The notes below the pieces were generated by a model, which was given only the letters and a program-made list of their open reading frames with translations, did no database searches and was not told the DNA's origin. A DNA stretch of 64,000 bases from an uncultured Lachnospiraceae bacterium (GTDB lineage Bacteria > Bacillota > Clostridia > Oscillospirales > CAG-272): NCBI GenBank assembly GCA_964568425.1, contig CAZMPO010000011.1, positions 634-64,633 on the forward strand, read 5' to 3'. Both the position numbers and the translations under genes were made by a program. This document shows, one piece after another, positions 10,172 to 18,854 of this stretch (its first letter is position 1; each line of letters starts with the position of its first letter).

Positions 10172-10966
10172 TCAGTTCTTTGCGTCAAACTCAAGGTTTA
10201 TGTACTTGATGCAAAGATCCATCCAAACAGCCACATGGGGATCGCCTGTCGCAAGTCCTAGTCCGTGATCGCCGTAGGGGAAAACATGAAGCTCGAACGG
10301 GATCTTCTTTGCTGACAGTGCCGCCGCCATCATCAGCGAATTTTCGGGCGGAACGCCTCTGTCGCCGGCGGTCGTCCAGATAAAGCAGTGCGGTGTATCA
10401 TCCCTTACCGATTTTTCGCAAGACATTTTTTCAGCAAGTGCCTTGTCGTACTCCTCGCCGAGCAGGCAGTTTGTGCTGCCCCAATGAGTAAACTCACTGC
10501 CGATCGTGATCACGGGATAGCAAAGCACGGCAAGATCGGGGCGGCAGGATATTTTGTCTATCTCATCGCCGTCATCTCTGCCGTAGTCAAAGAAGCACGC
10601 GGCTGTTGCGGCAAGGTGACCGCCTGCCGAAAATCCGAGAACAGCTATCTTGTCCTCGGCATAGCCGTATTTTGCCGCCATCGATCTGACAAGTCGAACA
10701 GCGCGATTAACATCATTTTGGGGAATCGGGTGTCTGTACGGATTGTGGCGATAACGAAGGATGAACGCAGATATACCGCCTGCGTTGAGTGCGGTGGCGA
10801 TCGGTTCTCCCTCATGTTCCTCGGCGCGGAAGAAATAGCCGCCGCCGGGGATGACGATGACGCACTTATCCGAGCCCTCTATCGTTCGGTCGAGAAGGCA
10901 GGGCTCCTCAAGTCCTTTTTCGGGATCAAAATCGGGTGTGGTCTCCCAAAGTTTAATTACATCCAT
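10172..10966 (-). CDS. Alpha/beta hydrolase (acetylesterase/BD-FAE-like)
   Basis: PGGGY oxyanion motif, GFSAGGH nucleophile, D...VP and HGLGL catalytic His region. Confidence 0.85.
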   Translation of the reverse strand: MDVIKLWETTPDFDPEKGLEEPCLLDRTIEGSDKCVIVIPGGGYFFRAEEHEGEPIATALNAGGISAFILRYRHNPYRHPIPQNDVNRAVRLVRSMAAKYGYAEDKIAVLGFSAGGHLAATAACFFDYGRDDGDEIDKISCRPDLAVLCYPVITIGSEFTHWGSTNCLLGEEYDKALAEKMSCEKSVRDDTPHCFIWTTAGDRGVPPENSLMMAAALSAKKIPFELHVFPYGDHGLGLATGDPHVAVWMDLCIKYINLEFDAKN

Positions 10967-11012
10967 TTATGAAATACCTCTTTTCACGGAATTTTTTTAC
11001 TTTATCGCGATA

Positions 11013-11041
11013 ATTATAGCACAGCTTGTACGTCTTGTCAA
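11013..11041 (-). promoter_or_regulatory. SigA promoter for the esterase-mnmE-RM-mnmM-rsmF run
   Basis: Perfect TTGACA-17-TATAAT on the minus strand. Confidence 0.85.
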
Positions 11042-11070
11042 TCTTTTTCTGATTTTTTTCGCAAAAACTC

Positions 11071-11099
11071 TTTACAAGACGAAAAATATAATGTATAAT
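11071..11099 (+). promoter_or_regulatory. SigA promoter for glyA (divergent)
   Basis: TTTACA-17-TATAAT. Confidence 0.8.
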
Positions 11100-11133
11100 A
11101 GTCTTAATCAAAACACAGGTCAAAAAAGGAGAC

Positions 11134-12399
11134 ATGATCATGATAAAAGAAAACCTTGAGTTTCTCAGAGACTTCGACCCTGCGGTCGCCGAGGCAATCG
11201 AAAGCGAGCTTATGCGTCAGCAAAGCAAAATAGAGCTTATCGCGTCCGAGAATTTCGTTTCGAAGGCAGTGCTTGCGGCAAATGCGTCGGTCCTCACAAA
11301 CAAATATGCGGAGGGATATCCCGCCCACCGTTATTACGGCGGATGCGAATGCGTTGACATCGTTGAAAACATCGCTCGCGACAGAGCCTGCAAGCTGTTC
11401 GGCGCAGACCACGCAAACGTTCAGCCGCATTCGGGCGCACAGGCAAACACAGCGGTCTACACCGCCCTTCTGCACCCCGGTGACACCGTCATGGGCATGA
11501 ATCTGGCGCACGGCGGACACTTGACCCACGGCAGTCCCGTTAACATCTCGGGCATGCTTTACAACTTCGTCCCCTATGGAGTCAACGACAGCGGATACAT
11601 CGATTACGACCGTGTCGAGGAGATCGCACGCGAGTGCCGTCCGAAGCTGATCGTCGCGGGAGCATCCGCATATCCGAGGATCATTGATTTCGAGCGTTTC
11701 TCGCAGATTGCCAAATCGGTCGGTGCCTATCTCATGGTCGACATGGCACACATCGCCGGGCTTGTTGCCGCAGGTCTTCATCCCTCTCCGATCCCCTACG
11801 CGGACATAGTTACGACGACCACCCACAAAACGCTGCGCGGACCTCGCGGTGGTATGATACTCTGCAAGGATGAGTTCGCAAAAGCAATCGACAAGGCAAT
11901 ATTCCCGGGCACGCAGGGCGGTCCGCTCATGCACACGATCGCCGCAAAGGCAGTCTGCTTCGGCGAGGCATTAAAGCCCGAGTTTGTCGACTATGCGAAA
12001 AAGATCATCGCCAACGCGAAAACATTTGCGAGCGCCTTTGAGAAAAACGGATTTGACATGGTCTCGGGCGGCACGGACAATCACCTCATTCTGCTTGATC
12101 TGCGCTCCTTCAACATCACCGGCAAGGACTTCGAGCACAGGCTTGACGATATCAATATCACGACAAACAAAAACGGCATTCCGAACGATCCGCAAAAACC
12201 GTTCGTCACGAGCGGTCTGCGCGTCGGAACGCCTGCCGCAACGACGAGAGGTCTTCGCGGTGAGGATTTCGAGCAGATCGCCGAGATATTTGCCGTTGCC
12301 GCAAGAGCCGCGTCCGATGTGTTCGACGCAACCGTCGATTCACTGCGTGTCGAGGTAAAGCGCATTACCGACAAATATCCGCTTTACGCCGAGAACTGA
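11134..12399 (+). CDS. glyA: Serine hydroxymethyltransferase
   Basis: [36 protein letters not shown] (PLP lysine). Confidence 0.98.
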   Translation: MIMIKENLEFLRDFDPAVAEAIESELMRQQSKIELIASENFVSKAVLAANASVLTNKYAEGYPAHRYYGGCECVDIVENIARDRACKLFGADHANVQPHSGAQANTAVYTALLHPGDTVMGMNLAHGGHLTHGSPVNISGMLYNFVPYGVNDSGYIDYDRVEEIARECRPKLIVAGASAYPRIIDFERFSQIAKSVGAYLMVDMAHIAGLVAAGLHPSPIPYADIVTTTTHKTLRGPRGGMILCKDEFAKAIDKAIFPGTQGGPLMHTIAAKAVCFGEALKPEFVDYAKKIIANAKTFASAFEKNGFDMVSGGTDNHLILLDLRSFNITGKDFEHRLDDINITTNKNGIPNDPQKPFVTSGLRVGTPAATTRGLRGEDFEQIAEIFAVAARAASDVFDATVDSLRVEVKRITDKYPLYAEN

Positions 12400-12408
12400 G
12401 GGATCTGT

Positions 12409-13068
12409 ATGGGCAATGCAGATAAAACAAAGGAAGAAGAAAAGATCGACGCGGGTATACTCTTTTTCCCCGGCGATCCCGAGCTCAAGGCAATTAAGCT
12501 CAGAACGCACAATTTAAGCGTCGATTACAACAGGACCTACGAGGACGAGGTCGAAAAGCGTGCCGCGATACTGTCGGACATATTCGGCGAGCTTGGCGAG
12601 GGGGCATTCATCCAAGGACCGATCGCCATCCATTACGGCAAGCACACGAAGATAGGCAAACGCTTTTTCGGAAATTTCAACCTAACGATACAGGATGACG
12701 CCGAGGTCACCATCGGGGATGACTGCAATTTCGGCCCGAACGCCACCATTGTGACCCCTCTGCATCCTATGCTTTCGGATGAGAGGACAGCGATAATGAC
12801 CCCCGACGGCACGCCGAGGCGGCTTTGTTGGGCAAAACCCGTACACATCGGAAACGGATGCTGGTTTGGCGCGGGTGTCACCGTCTGCCCGGGTGTCACG
12901 ATAGGCAACGAGTGCGTGATAGGTGCGGGGGCGGTCGTGACTCGCGACATTCCCGACGGTCACTTTGCGGCAGGCGTTCCGGCTCGCATTATCCGAAAGC
13001 TCGGCAAGGAAGACAGCATGGCGAATTTCCCCGACATCCTTGCCGACAACAAAATTATTGAAAAATAA
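12409..13068 (+). CDS. Maltose/galactoside O-acetyltransferase family (hexapeptide repeat)
   Basis: Hexapeptide repeats, PVHIGNGCWFGAGVTVCPGVTIG, GVPARIIR. Confidence 0.85.
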   Translation: MGNADKTKEEEKIDAGILFFPGDPELKAIKLRTHNLSVDYNRTYEDEVEKRAAILSDIFGELGEGAFIQGPIAIHYGKHTKIGKRFFGNFNLTIQDDAEVTIGDDCNFGPNATIVTPLHPMLSDERTAIMTPDGTPRRLCWAKPVHIGNGCWFGAGVTVCPGVTIGNECVIGAGAVVTRDIPDGHFAAGVPARIIRKLGKEDSMANFPDILADNKIIEK

Positions 13069-13095
13069 GAAAAACAAGGTCAAAAGGAGGTCAAA

Positions 13096-14025
13096 ATGAC
13101 CGAATTTGAAAGAATCAAAAAGCTCGATCCTCCGTCAGGGGTGGTCGACGTAATACTCGACACCGACGCGTACAACGAGATCGACGATCAGTTTGCCATT
13201 TCGTACATGCTCGCGCGCTCCGACAAACTGCGTGTGAGAGCCATCACCGCGGCACCATTTTTCCATCCTCACAATCACAACTCGACATCGGCTCGTGACG
13301 GCATGGAAAAAAGCTATAACGAAATACAAAAGCTACTGACGCTTGCCGAAAAAGAAGTGCTGTCGAGCAAGGTTTTTCGCGGATCCGAGAATTTTCTGCC
13401 GGACGAGCTCACACCCGTCGAGTCGCCCGCCGCAAGAGAGATGATCGCCGCCGCGAGCGAACACACGCCCGACGATCCGCTCTATATCGTTGCGATCGGC
13501 GCGATAACGAATGTTGCCTCCGCGATACTGCTCTGTCCCGAAATGGTCGAAAAGACCGTACTTGTATGGCTGGGCGGACACGCCGATTTTTGGCAGGACA
13601 CGAACGAGTTCAACATGTGTCAGGATGTTGCCGCCGCGCGCATCGTTTTTGGGTGCGGCATTCCGCTGATACAGCTTCCCTGCATGGGCGTCGTTGACAA
13701 ATTCGATACGACAGAGCCCGAGCTTCGCCACTGGCTCTCGGGCAAAAACAAACTCTGCGACTATCTTGTCGAAAACGCATCTGCTGCGGCGAACAGCTAC
13801 GCATCCGGAAAACCGTGGTCACGCGTAATATGGGATGTCACGGCGGTTGCATGGCTGACAAACGAGTCGGGCAGATTTATGTCGTCAAAGCTCATTCCCG
13901 CTCCCATCCCCGAATACGATCATCACTACGGATTCGATCCGCGCAGGCACATGATCCGTGCGGTGACATGGATAAACAGGACCGAGCTGTTTGCCGAGCT
14001 GTTTGACAAACTATCGAAAATGTGA
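13096..14025 (+). CDS. Nucleoside hydrolase (IU-NH family)
   Basis: ILDTDAYNEIDDQFA, AIGAITNVA, EFN...D, IWDV. Confidence 0.85.
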   Translation: MTEFERIKKLDPPSGVVDVILDTDAYNEIDDQFAISYMLARSDKLRVRAITAAPFFHPHNHNSTSARDGMEKSYNEIQKLLTLAEKEVLSSKVFRGSENFLPDELTPVESPAAREMIAAASEHTPDDPLYIVAIGAITNVASAILLCPEMVEKTVLVWLGGHADFWQDTNEFNMCQDVAAARIVFGCGIPLIQLPCMGVVDKFDTTEPELRHWLSGKNKLCDYLVENASAAANSYASGKPWSRVIWDVTAVAWLTNESGRFMSSKLIPAPIPEYDHHYGFDPRRHMIRAVTWINRTELFAELFDKLSKM

Positions 14026-14047
14026 TACAAAGGAAAGGACAACCGAA

Positions 14048-14983
14048 ATGAACATCGAATTTCTCTCAAACACCAACATCGATTTCAAGCCGAAGCAGGC
14101 AGAGCTTACGATCGGCACGCGGCGCACATCGACAAAGCTTGCCTGCCGTGACCCATTCATCATGCCGCTTGACGGTAAATATTATCTTTACAAAACGGAG
14201 GGCGGCAAGCTTTGCGTTTTGGTCAGTGACGATCTGGAGCATTGGACCGACCCGATCGTCGTATTCGATCCTCCCGCCGACTTTCACGGTGTAAGCGATC
14301 TGTTCTGGGCACCCGAATGCCATTTTTACAAGGGCAAGTTTTACATATTCACATCCGTTTATTCGTCAAGGTTCAACCACCGCACGATCGCGGTCTACCG
14401 CTCGGACGATCCGCTCGGACCGTTTGTTGACATATCGGACGGTGCGATATCCCCTCGCGATTGGGATGCCATTGACGGCACGCTTTACATTGACAAGACG
14501 GGTGCGCCTTGGCTTGTGTTCGTTCATGAATGGACATCAATGCCAAACGGCAACGGCGGAATGGTCGCGGCAAGGCTTTCGGACGATTTTACGCACCTCG
14601 TCTCCGAACCGATCGAGTTTTTCCTTGCAAGGGACGCAAAATGGGCAACTTCGGGCGTGACAGACGGTCCGTACATGCTCAGAACCGATAGTGGGCTTTA
14701 CATGATATGGTCAAACTTTTGCAAAGACGGTTACGCCGTCGGACTTGCAAAATCGACAAACGGCGAGATCGACGGGCAATTCATCCAGAGCGACGAGCCG
14801 ATCTACACGATCGGGCTAAAGTCGTCATTTACGACCGACGGCGGTCACGCGATGATATTTGTCGATCACGACGGAAATGTAAAGATCACAATGCACGGTC
14901 CGAACAGTTCCCCGGATGATTTTGAGCATGTTCTGCTCTTTGACATCATTGAAAAGGACGGGGTGCTCGAGATCGTCGGCTAA
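14048..14983 (+). CDS. Glycoside hydrolase family 43
   Basis: RDPF, WAPE, AIDG, TDGP, GGH five-bladed beta-propeller motifs; SD AAGGAAAGGA before ATG 14048. Confidence 0.85.
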   Translation: MNIEFLSNTNIDFKPKQAELTIGTRRTSTKLACRDPFIMPLDGKYYLYKTEGGKLCVLVSDDLEHWTDPIVVFDPPADFHGVSDLFWAPECHFYKGKFYIFTSVYSSRFNHRTIAVYRSDDPLGPFVDISDGAISPRDWDAIDGTLYIDKTGAPWLVFVHEWTSMPNGNGGMVAARLSDDFTHLVSEPIEFFLARDAKWATSGVTDGPYMLRTDSGLYMIWSNFCKDGYAVGLAKSTNGEIDGQFIQSDEPIYTIGLKSSFTTDGGHAMIFVDHDGNVKITMHGPNSSPDDFEHVLLFDIIEKDGVLEIVG

Positions 14984-14991
14984 CCTCATCA

Positions 14992-15028
14992 GCAAGCCCT
15001 TTCCGCACTAAACTCGGGAAGGGCTTGC
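14992..15028. terminator. Hairpin after the GH43 gene
   Basis: GCAAGCCCTTTCCG...CGGGAAGGGCTTGC; no T tract on the plus strand. Confidence 0.5.
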
Positions 15029-15076
15029 AAAAAGTATAAAAAATTTGGAAAAGTGCAATTTTTTTCGAAAAAGCCC

Positions 15077-15105
15077 TTGACAAAATACAAAAAAGATGGT
15101 ATAAT
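15077..15105 (+). promoter_or_regulatory. SigA promoter of infC-rpmI-rplT
   Basis: Perfect TTGACA-17-TATAAT with TGn. Confidence 0.9.
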
Positions 15106-15111
15106 CATGGG

Positions 15112-15231
15112 CGTGAAAAAGAAGCAGAGCATCCGCTCTCGCCGCGATACGTCATTTTGGACGTACGGCAAAGACGTTCAGGCATCCGAAGCGGTGTCTT
15201 GAGTTGTGCGGATCTCTGTCCGCACTTTTTT
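15112..15231 (+). ncRNA. Ribosomal protein L20 leader (attenuator)
   Basis: Between the promoter and infC; AAGAAGCAGAGCATCCGCTCTC 5' segment resembles the Firmicutes L20 leader; ends in GTGCGGA-loop-TCCGCAC-TTTTTT terminator (15206-15231). Confidence 0.75.
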
Positions 15232-15283
15232 ATTTTCAAACTTATTTAACCGTATTTTTACCTGTCAACTGGAGGTGTTTGCA

Positions 15284-15841
15284 ATAGGTAACACTAATGA
15301 AAAAGAGCATCTGATCAACGACGAGATACACAAATCGGGAATACCGATGTCAAAACAAATGAGAGTGATCGGTGCAGACGGAGAACAGCTTGGAGTACTC
15401 ACGCTTTCGGCGGCACTTGGTGCGGCATACGACAAAGGTCTTGACCTTGTCCTTATCGCAAATCAGGGTGACATGCCGGTCGTAAAGATCATCGACTACG
15501 GAAAATTCCGTTTCGATCGCGACAAGAGGAAAAAGGAAGCTAAAAAGAATCAGCAAAAGGTTTCCGTCAAAGAAGTTCAGCTTTCCTGCCAAATCGATGT
15601 CAACGATTTCAATGTCAAGGTAAACAATGCGAAACGTTTTCTGAAGGGCGGGGACAAGGTAAAGGTGCTCGTTATTTTCAGAGCACGCCGTCAGATGGCG
15701 CATCAGGATGTAGGACGCGATCTGCTCGACAAATTTGCCGCCGAGGTATCGGAGCTTGGCAGTGTCGACAAGCCGCCCGTGATGGAAGGGCGTTCGATGT
15801 CCATGATGATCGTTCCGCTGAAACAGAATACAGCTAAATAA
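15284..15841 (+). CDS. infC: Translation initiation factor IF-3 (ATA start)
   Basis: INDEI, VIGADGEQLG, GLDLV, KIIDYGK, GDKVKV; GGAGG 8 nt before in-frame ATA 15284. Confidence 0.95.
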   Translation: MGNTNEKEHLINDEIHKSGIPMSKQMRVIGADGEQLGVLTLSAALGAAYDKGLDLVLIANQGDMPVVKIIDYGKFRFDRDKRKKEAKKNQQKVSVKEVQLSCQIDVNDFNVKVNNAKRFLKGGDKVKVLVIFRARRQMAHQDVGRDLLDKFAAEVSELGSVDKPPVMEGRSMSMMIVPLKQNTAK

Positions 15842-15889
15842 GACAAATAATGAAAGAGCAGTTTTTTAAATCGAAAGGAGATTACAATC

Positions 15890-16084
15890 ATGCCAAAGAT
15901 GAAAACACACAGCGCATCCGCTAAAAGATTTAATGTGACAAAGAACGGCAAGGTAAAGATCAACCATTCTCATCACCGTCACAACCTCGGTCTCAAGACC
16001 GCAAAGCGCAAGAGAACACTTCGTTCGGGCGCATACCTCAGCACCAGCTTTGAGGCAACAGTAAGAGAAATGATCCAGAAGTAA
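15890..16084 (+). CDS. rpmI: 50S ribosomal protein L35
   Basis: MPKMKTHSASAKRF. Confidence 0.97.
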   Translation: MPKMKTHSASAKRFNVTKNGKVKINHSHHRHNLGLKTAKRKRTLRSGAYLSTSFEATVREMIQK

Positions 16085-16121
16085 GATCACATTAAGTTAT
16101 TAACAGGGAGGATATACAGAA

Positions 16122-16475
16122 ATGGCAAGAGTCAAAGGCGCGATCATGACGCGCAAGAGAAGAAAGAGCGTCCTTAAGGCTGCCAAGGGTTATTGGGGCA
16201 GCAAATCCAAGCACTTCAAGATGGCAAAACAGGCCGTCATGAAGAGCGGTAATTACGCATATGTCGGAAGAAAGCTCAGAAAAAGAGACTTCCGTTCACT
16301 TTGGATCACAAGAATTTCGGCGCAGGCTAAGGTTTGCGGCGTGAACTACAGCACGCTTATGCACGGTCTCAAAGTTGCGGGAATCGATCTTAACAGAAAG
16401 ATGCTTGCAGATCTCGCCGTTAACGACAAGGAGGCATTCGCTGCCCTTGTTGAGAAGGCAAAGGCTGCTCTTTGA
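16122..16475 (+). CDS. rplT: 50S ribosomal protein L20
   Basis: [28 protein letters not shown]. Confidence 0.98.
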   Translation: MARVKGAIMTRKRRKSVLKAAKGYWGSKSKHFKMAKQAVMKSGNYAYVGRKLRKRDFRSLWITRISAQAKVCGVNYSTLMHGLKVAGIDLNRKMLADLAVNDKEAFAALVEKAKAAL

Positions 16476-16484
16476 TATAAGTTC

Positions 16485-16508
16485 AAAAACCCGCGCACGC
16501 GGGTTTTT
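16485..16508 (+). terminator. Intrinsic terminator after rplT
   Basis: AAAAACCCGC-GCAC-GCGGGTTTTT. Confidence 0.9.
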
Positions 16509-16574
16509 GTTGTTACAAAGGGATGTAAAATAATCAGAGCGAAAAGACCAAGATCACCGGATCGGGAGGATGTC

Positions 16575-17387
16575 ATGGCAGATACGCAGATAATTTCGTC
16601 GAGAAACAACAGGCTTATCGTCGATTGTTGCAAATTAAAGAACAAGAAATACCGCGACTCTGCCGGACTTTTCTTCTTTGAAGGTGAAAAGCTTCTTAAA
16701 GAGGCAATCAAATGCGGCGTTCGGATAAAATATCTCTTCTTCACCGATGACGATATTTCCATCGATCTGCCGCCGCAAACAGAGACTATAAGGGTCACCC
16801 GGGGCGTTTATGAAAAAATTTCCGAAGAAAAATCGCCCGAAGGGCTATTTTGTGTAGCCGAACATATTGACAAATTACATAAATGTGATAAAATAGAAGA
16901 CAGCGACATTGTTGGCGAGTTGTCAGGCGGCAAAAGCTATTTTATTACGGAGAGCGTTCGCGATCCGGGCAATCTCGGAACGATAATGAGAACGGCATCT
17001 GCCATGGGCATCGACACGCTCATACTTTCGAGTGACTGTGCTGACATATACAACAGCAAGACGGTCCGTGCGGGGATGGGCGCGATCTTCAGGCAGGCGA
17101 CATATCGGGTATCCGACCTGCCGCGCGTCATTGACGATCTGAGAGCAAAAGAGATCAAAGTATACGCTGCCGCGCTTGACAAGGGCTCGGTATCGCTGAG
17201 CGATATCCCCTCAAGCGACAGCAAGGTCTGCTTTGCGGTCGGCAACGAGGGGCACGGTCTGTCAGGCGAAGTGATATCCGCATGCGACAAAAGTGTCATA
17301 ATACCGATGAGCGGCGAGACAGAATCACTGAACGTTTCTGCGGCAACGGCGATACTCATGTGGCAGGAGCGCATACTAAACGGCTGA
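16575..17387 (+). CDS. TrmH/SpoU family RNA 2'-O-methyltransferase
   Basis: DPGNLGTIMRTA, GNEGHGLS, IPMSGETESLNVSAA. Confidence 0.9.
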   Translation: MADTQIISSRNNRLIVDCCKLKNKKYRDSAGLFFFEGEKLLKEAIKCGVRIKYLFFTDDDISIDLPPQTETIRVTRGVYEKISEEKSPEGLFCVAEHIDKLHKCDKIEDSDIVGELSGGKSYFITESVRDPGNLGTIMRTASAMGIDTLILSSDCADIYNSKTVRAGMGAIFRQATYRVSDLPRVIDDLRAKEIKVYAAALDKGSVSLSDIPSSDSKVCFAVGNEGHGLSGEVISACDKSVIIPMSGETESLNVSAATAILMWQERILNG

Positions 17388-17421
17388 TATCGCAGCAAAA
17401 AACACGGAATGGAGAAAAGAC

Positions 17422-18708
17422 ATGTGCGATCTGAAATACTGGATGTGGCTGAGTCTGACATTATATCCCGGCTCAAAAGATGCCGATCCGCTTCTTCCCG
17501 CGTTTGATTACGATGCGCAAAGCATTTACAATGCCGAGGAGGAGGACTATCGCAAGGTCCCCGATCTCAGCGAGGGTGCAATAAGAGCACTTTCAAACAA
17601 AGATCTGTCGGACGCCGAAGAGATCATTGAGTTTTGCGAGCTGAACAACATAGGCATGTTACCGTTTGACAGCCCGTCCTTCCCTTCCCGTCTGCGCAGG
17701 ATCGAGCGTGTTCCGTATCTGCTCTATTATCGCGGAAATCTGTTTGACATAGACGACACTGTCGCGGTCGCCGCCGTCGGCACGAGGTCATGCTCCGAAT
17801 ACGGCAGGCGCGAGGCGTATAAAATATGCCGTGATCTTGCGATCGGCGGAGCGATCATCGTAAGCGGCATGGCGAGAGGAATCGACAGTGTTTGCCACAG
17901 AGCCGCGCTTGATGTCGGGGCGAAAACGGTCGCGGTGCTCGGTTGCGGAATAAACAAGGTATATCCGCCCGAACACGAGGCATTAATGGACGAGATCATG
18001 GAGAGCGGACTCGTAATATCCGAATTCCGTCCGTTTACCGATCCGATCGGAGCTCATTTTCCCATCCGCAACAGGCTGATCAGCGGACTGTCGCTCGGGA
18101 CGCTTGTTGTTGAGGCAGATCTTAAGAGCGGCGCGATGATAACAGCCAAATACGCCATCAAGCAGGGACGCGACATTTTCGCAGTCCCCGGAAAGGTCGG
18201 CGACGCGAACAGTCTCGGCACAAACGAACTGATACAAAAGGGCGCGAAAATGGTGCAGTCGGGAGTCGATCTGCTTGAGGATTATGAATTTTATTTTCCG
18301 CACAAGATATCGATCGACAAGCTCCCGCGCTTTTCGAAGTTTTCACTGAATCCTCTCAAAAAGAACAAGCCGATCTTGGGAACACCCAAAGAGCCTCGTG
18401 TCCGAATGGGTGACGAGAGTCAAAAGCAGAGGCAGTCGACCGAGGTCAAGCGTCCGACGACCGAGAACAAGCTGCTTACCGACATCGGCAAGGTCGATTA
18501 TGTTCCCGAGGAGGATTACAGCAAATACAAGCTGACCTCCGATCAGCTCTCGGTGCTGAGATCGATGCCGCTCGGATGCGGTGTCACGTCGGATGAGCTC
18601 TCTCGCGGAGAGCATTCGGTATCCACCGTTTTGGGCAGCATGACGATGCTTGAAATAAAAGGACTTGTAAAAAAGATTCCCGGCGGAAAATTCGTCAGGA
18701 TGAAATAA
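17422..18708 (+). CDS. dprA: DNA-processing protein DprA
   Basis: AAVGTR, VSGMARGID, FPIRNRLISGLS, VVEADLKSGAMITA; C-terminal winged helix. Confidence 0.95.
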   Translation: MCDLKYWMWLSLTLYPGSKDADPLLPAFDYDAQSIYNAEEEDYRKVPDLSEGAIRALSNKDLSDAEEIIEFCELNNIGMLPFDSPSFPSRLRRIERVPYLLYYRGNLFDIDDTVAVAAVGTRSCSEYGRREAYKICRDLAIGGAIIVSGMARGIDSVCHRAALDVGAKTVAVLGCGINKVYPPEHEALMDEIMESGLVISEFRPFTDPIGAHFPIRNRLISGLSLGTLVVEADLKSGAMITAKYAIKQGRDIFAVPGKVGDANSLGTNELIQKGAKMVQSGVDLLEDYEFYFPHKISIDKLPRFSKFSLNPLKKNKPILGTPKEPRVRMGDESQKQRQSTEVKRPTTENKLLTDIGKVDYVPEEDYSKYKLTSDQLSVLRSMPLGCGVTSDELSRGEHSVSTVLGSMTMLEIKGLVKKIPGGKFVRMK

Positions 18709-18806
18709 TATACAGCATATCGGAATAAGTGCAAAGACAAAAGCAGAAACTACCGTATCGCAATAAAACGGTTATCATACGAACATAATTTTCCGATCAC
18801 AATTTC

Positions 18807-18854
18807 CAAAGAAAGGAAGCTTTCGCCAAAGCGAAGGCAATGGGCATAAAATTG
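18807..18854 (+). promoter_or_regulatory. 45-nt hairpin-containing leader element, copy 2 (topA)
   Basis: CAAAGAAAGGAA-GCTTTCGC-CAAA-GCGAAGGC-AATGGGCATAAAA-TTG; 46/53 ungapped identity (18802-18854) to the reverse complement of 8645-8697. Confidence 0.8.

Noticed and set aside
11100-11134. Glycine or ZTP riboswitch before glyA
   Set aside because: Only ~35 nt separate the -10 box from the start codon, too short for either aptamer.
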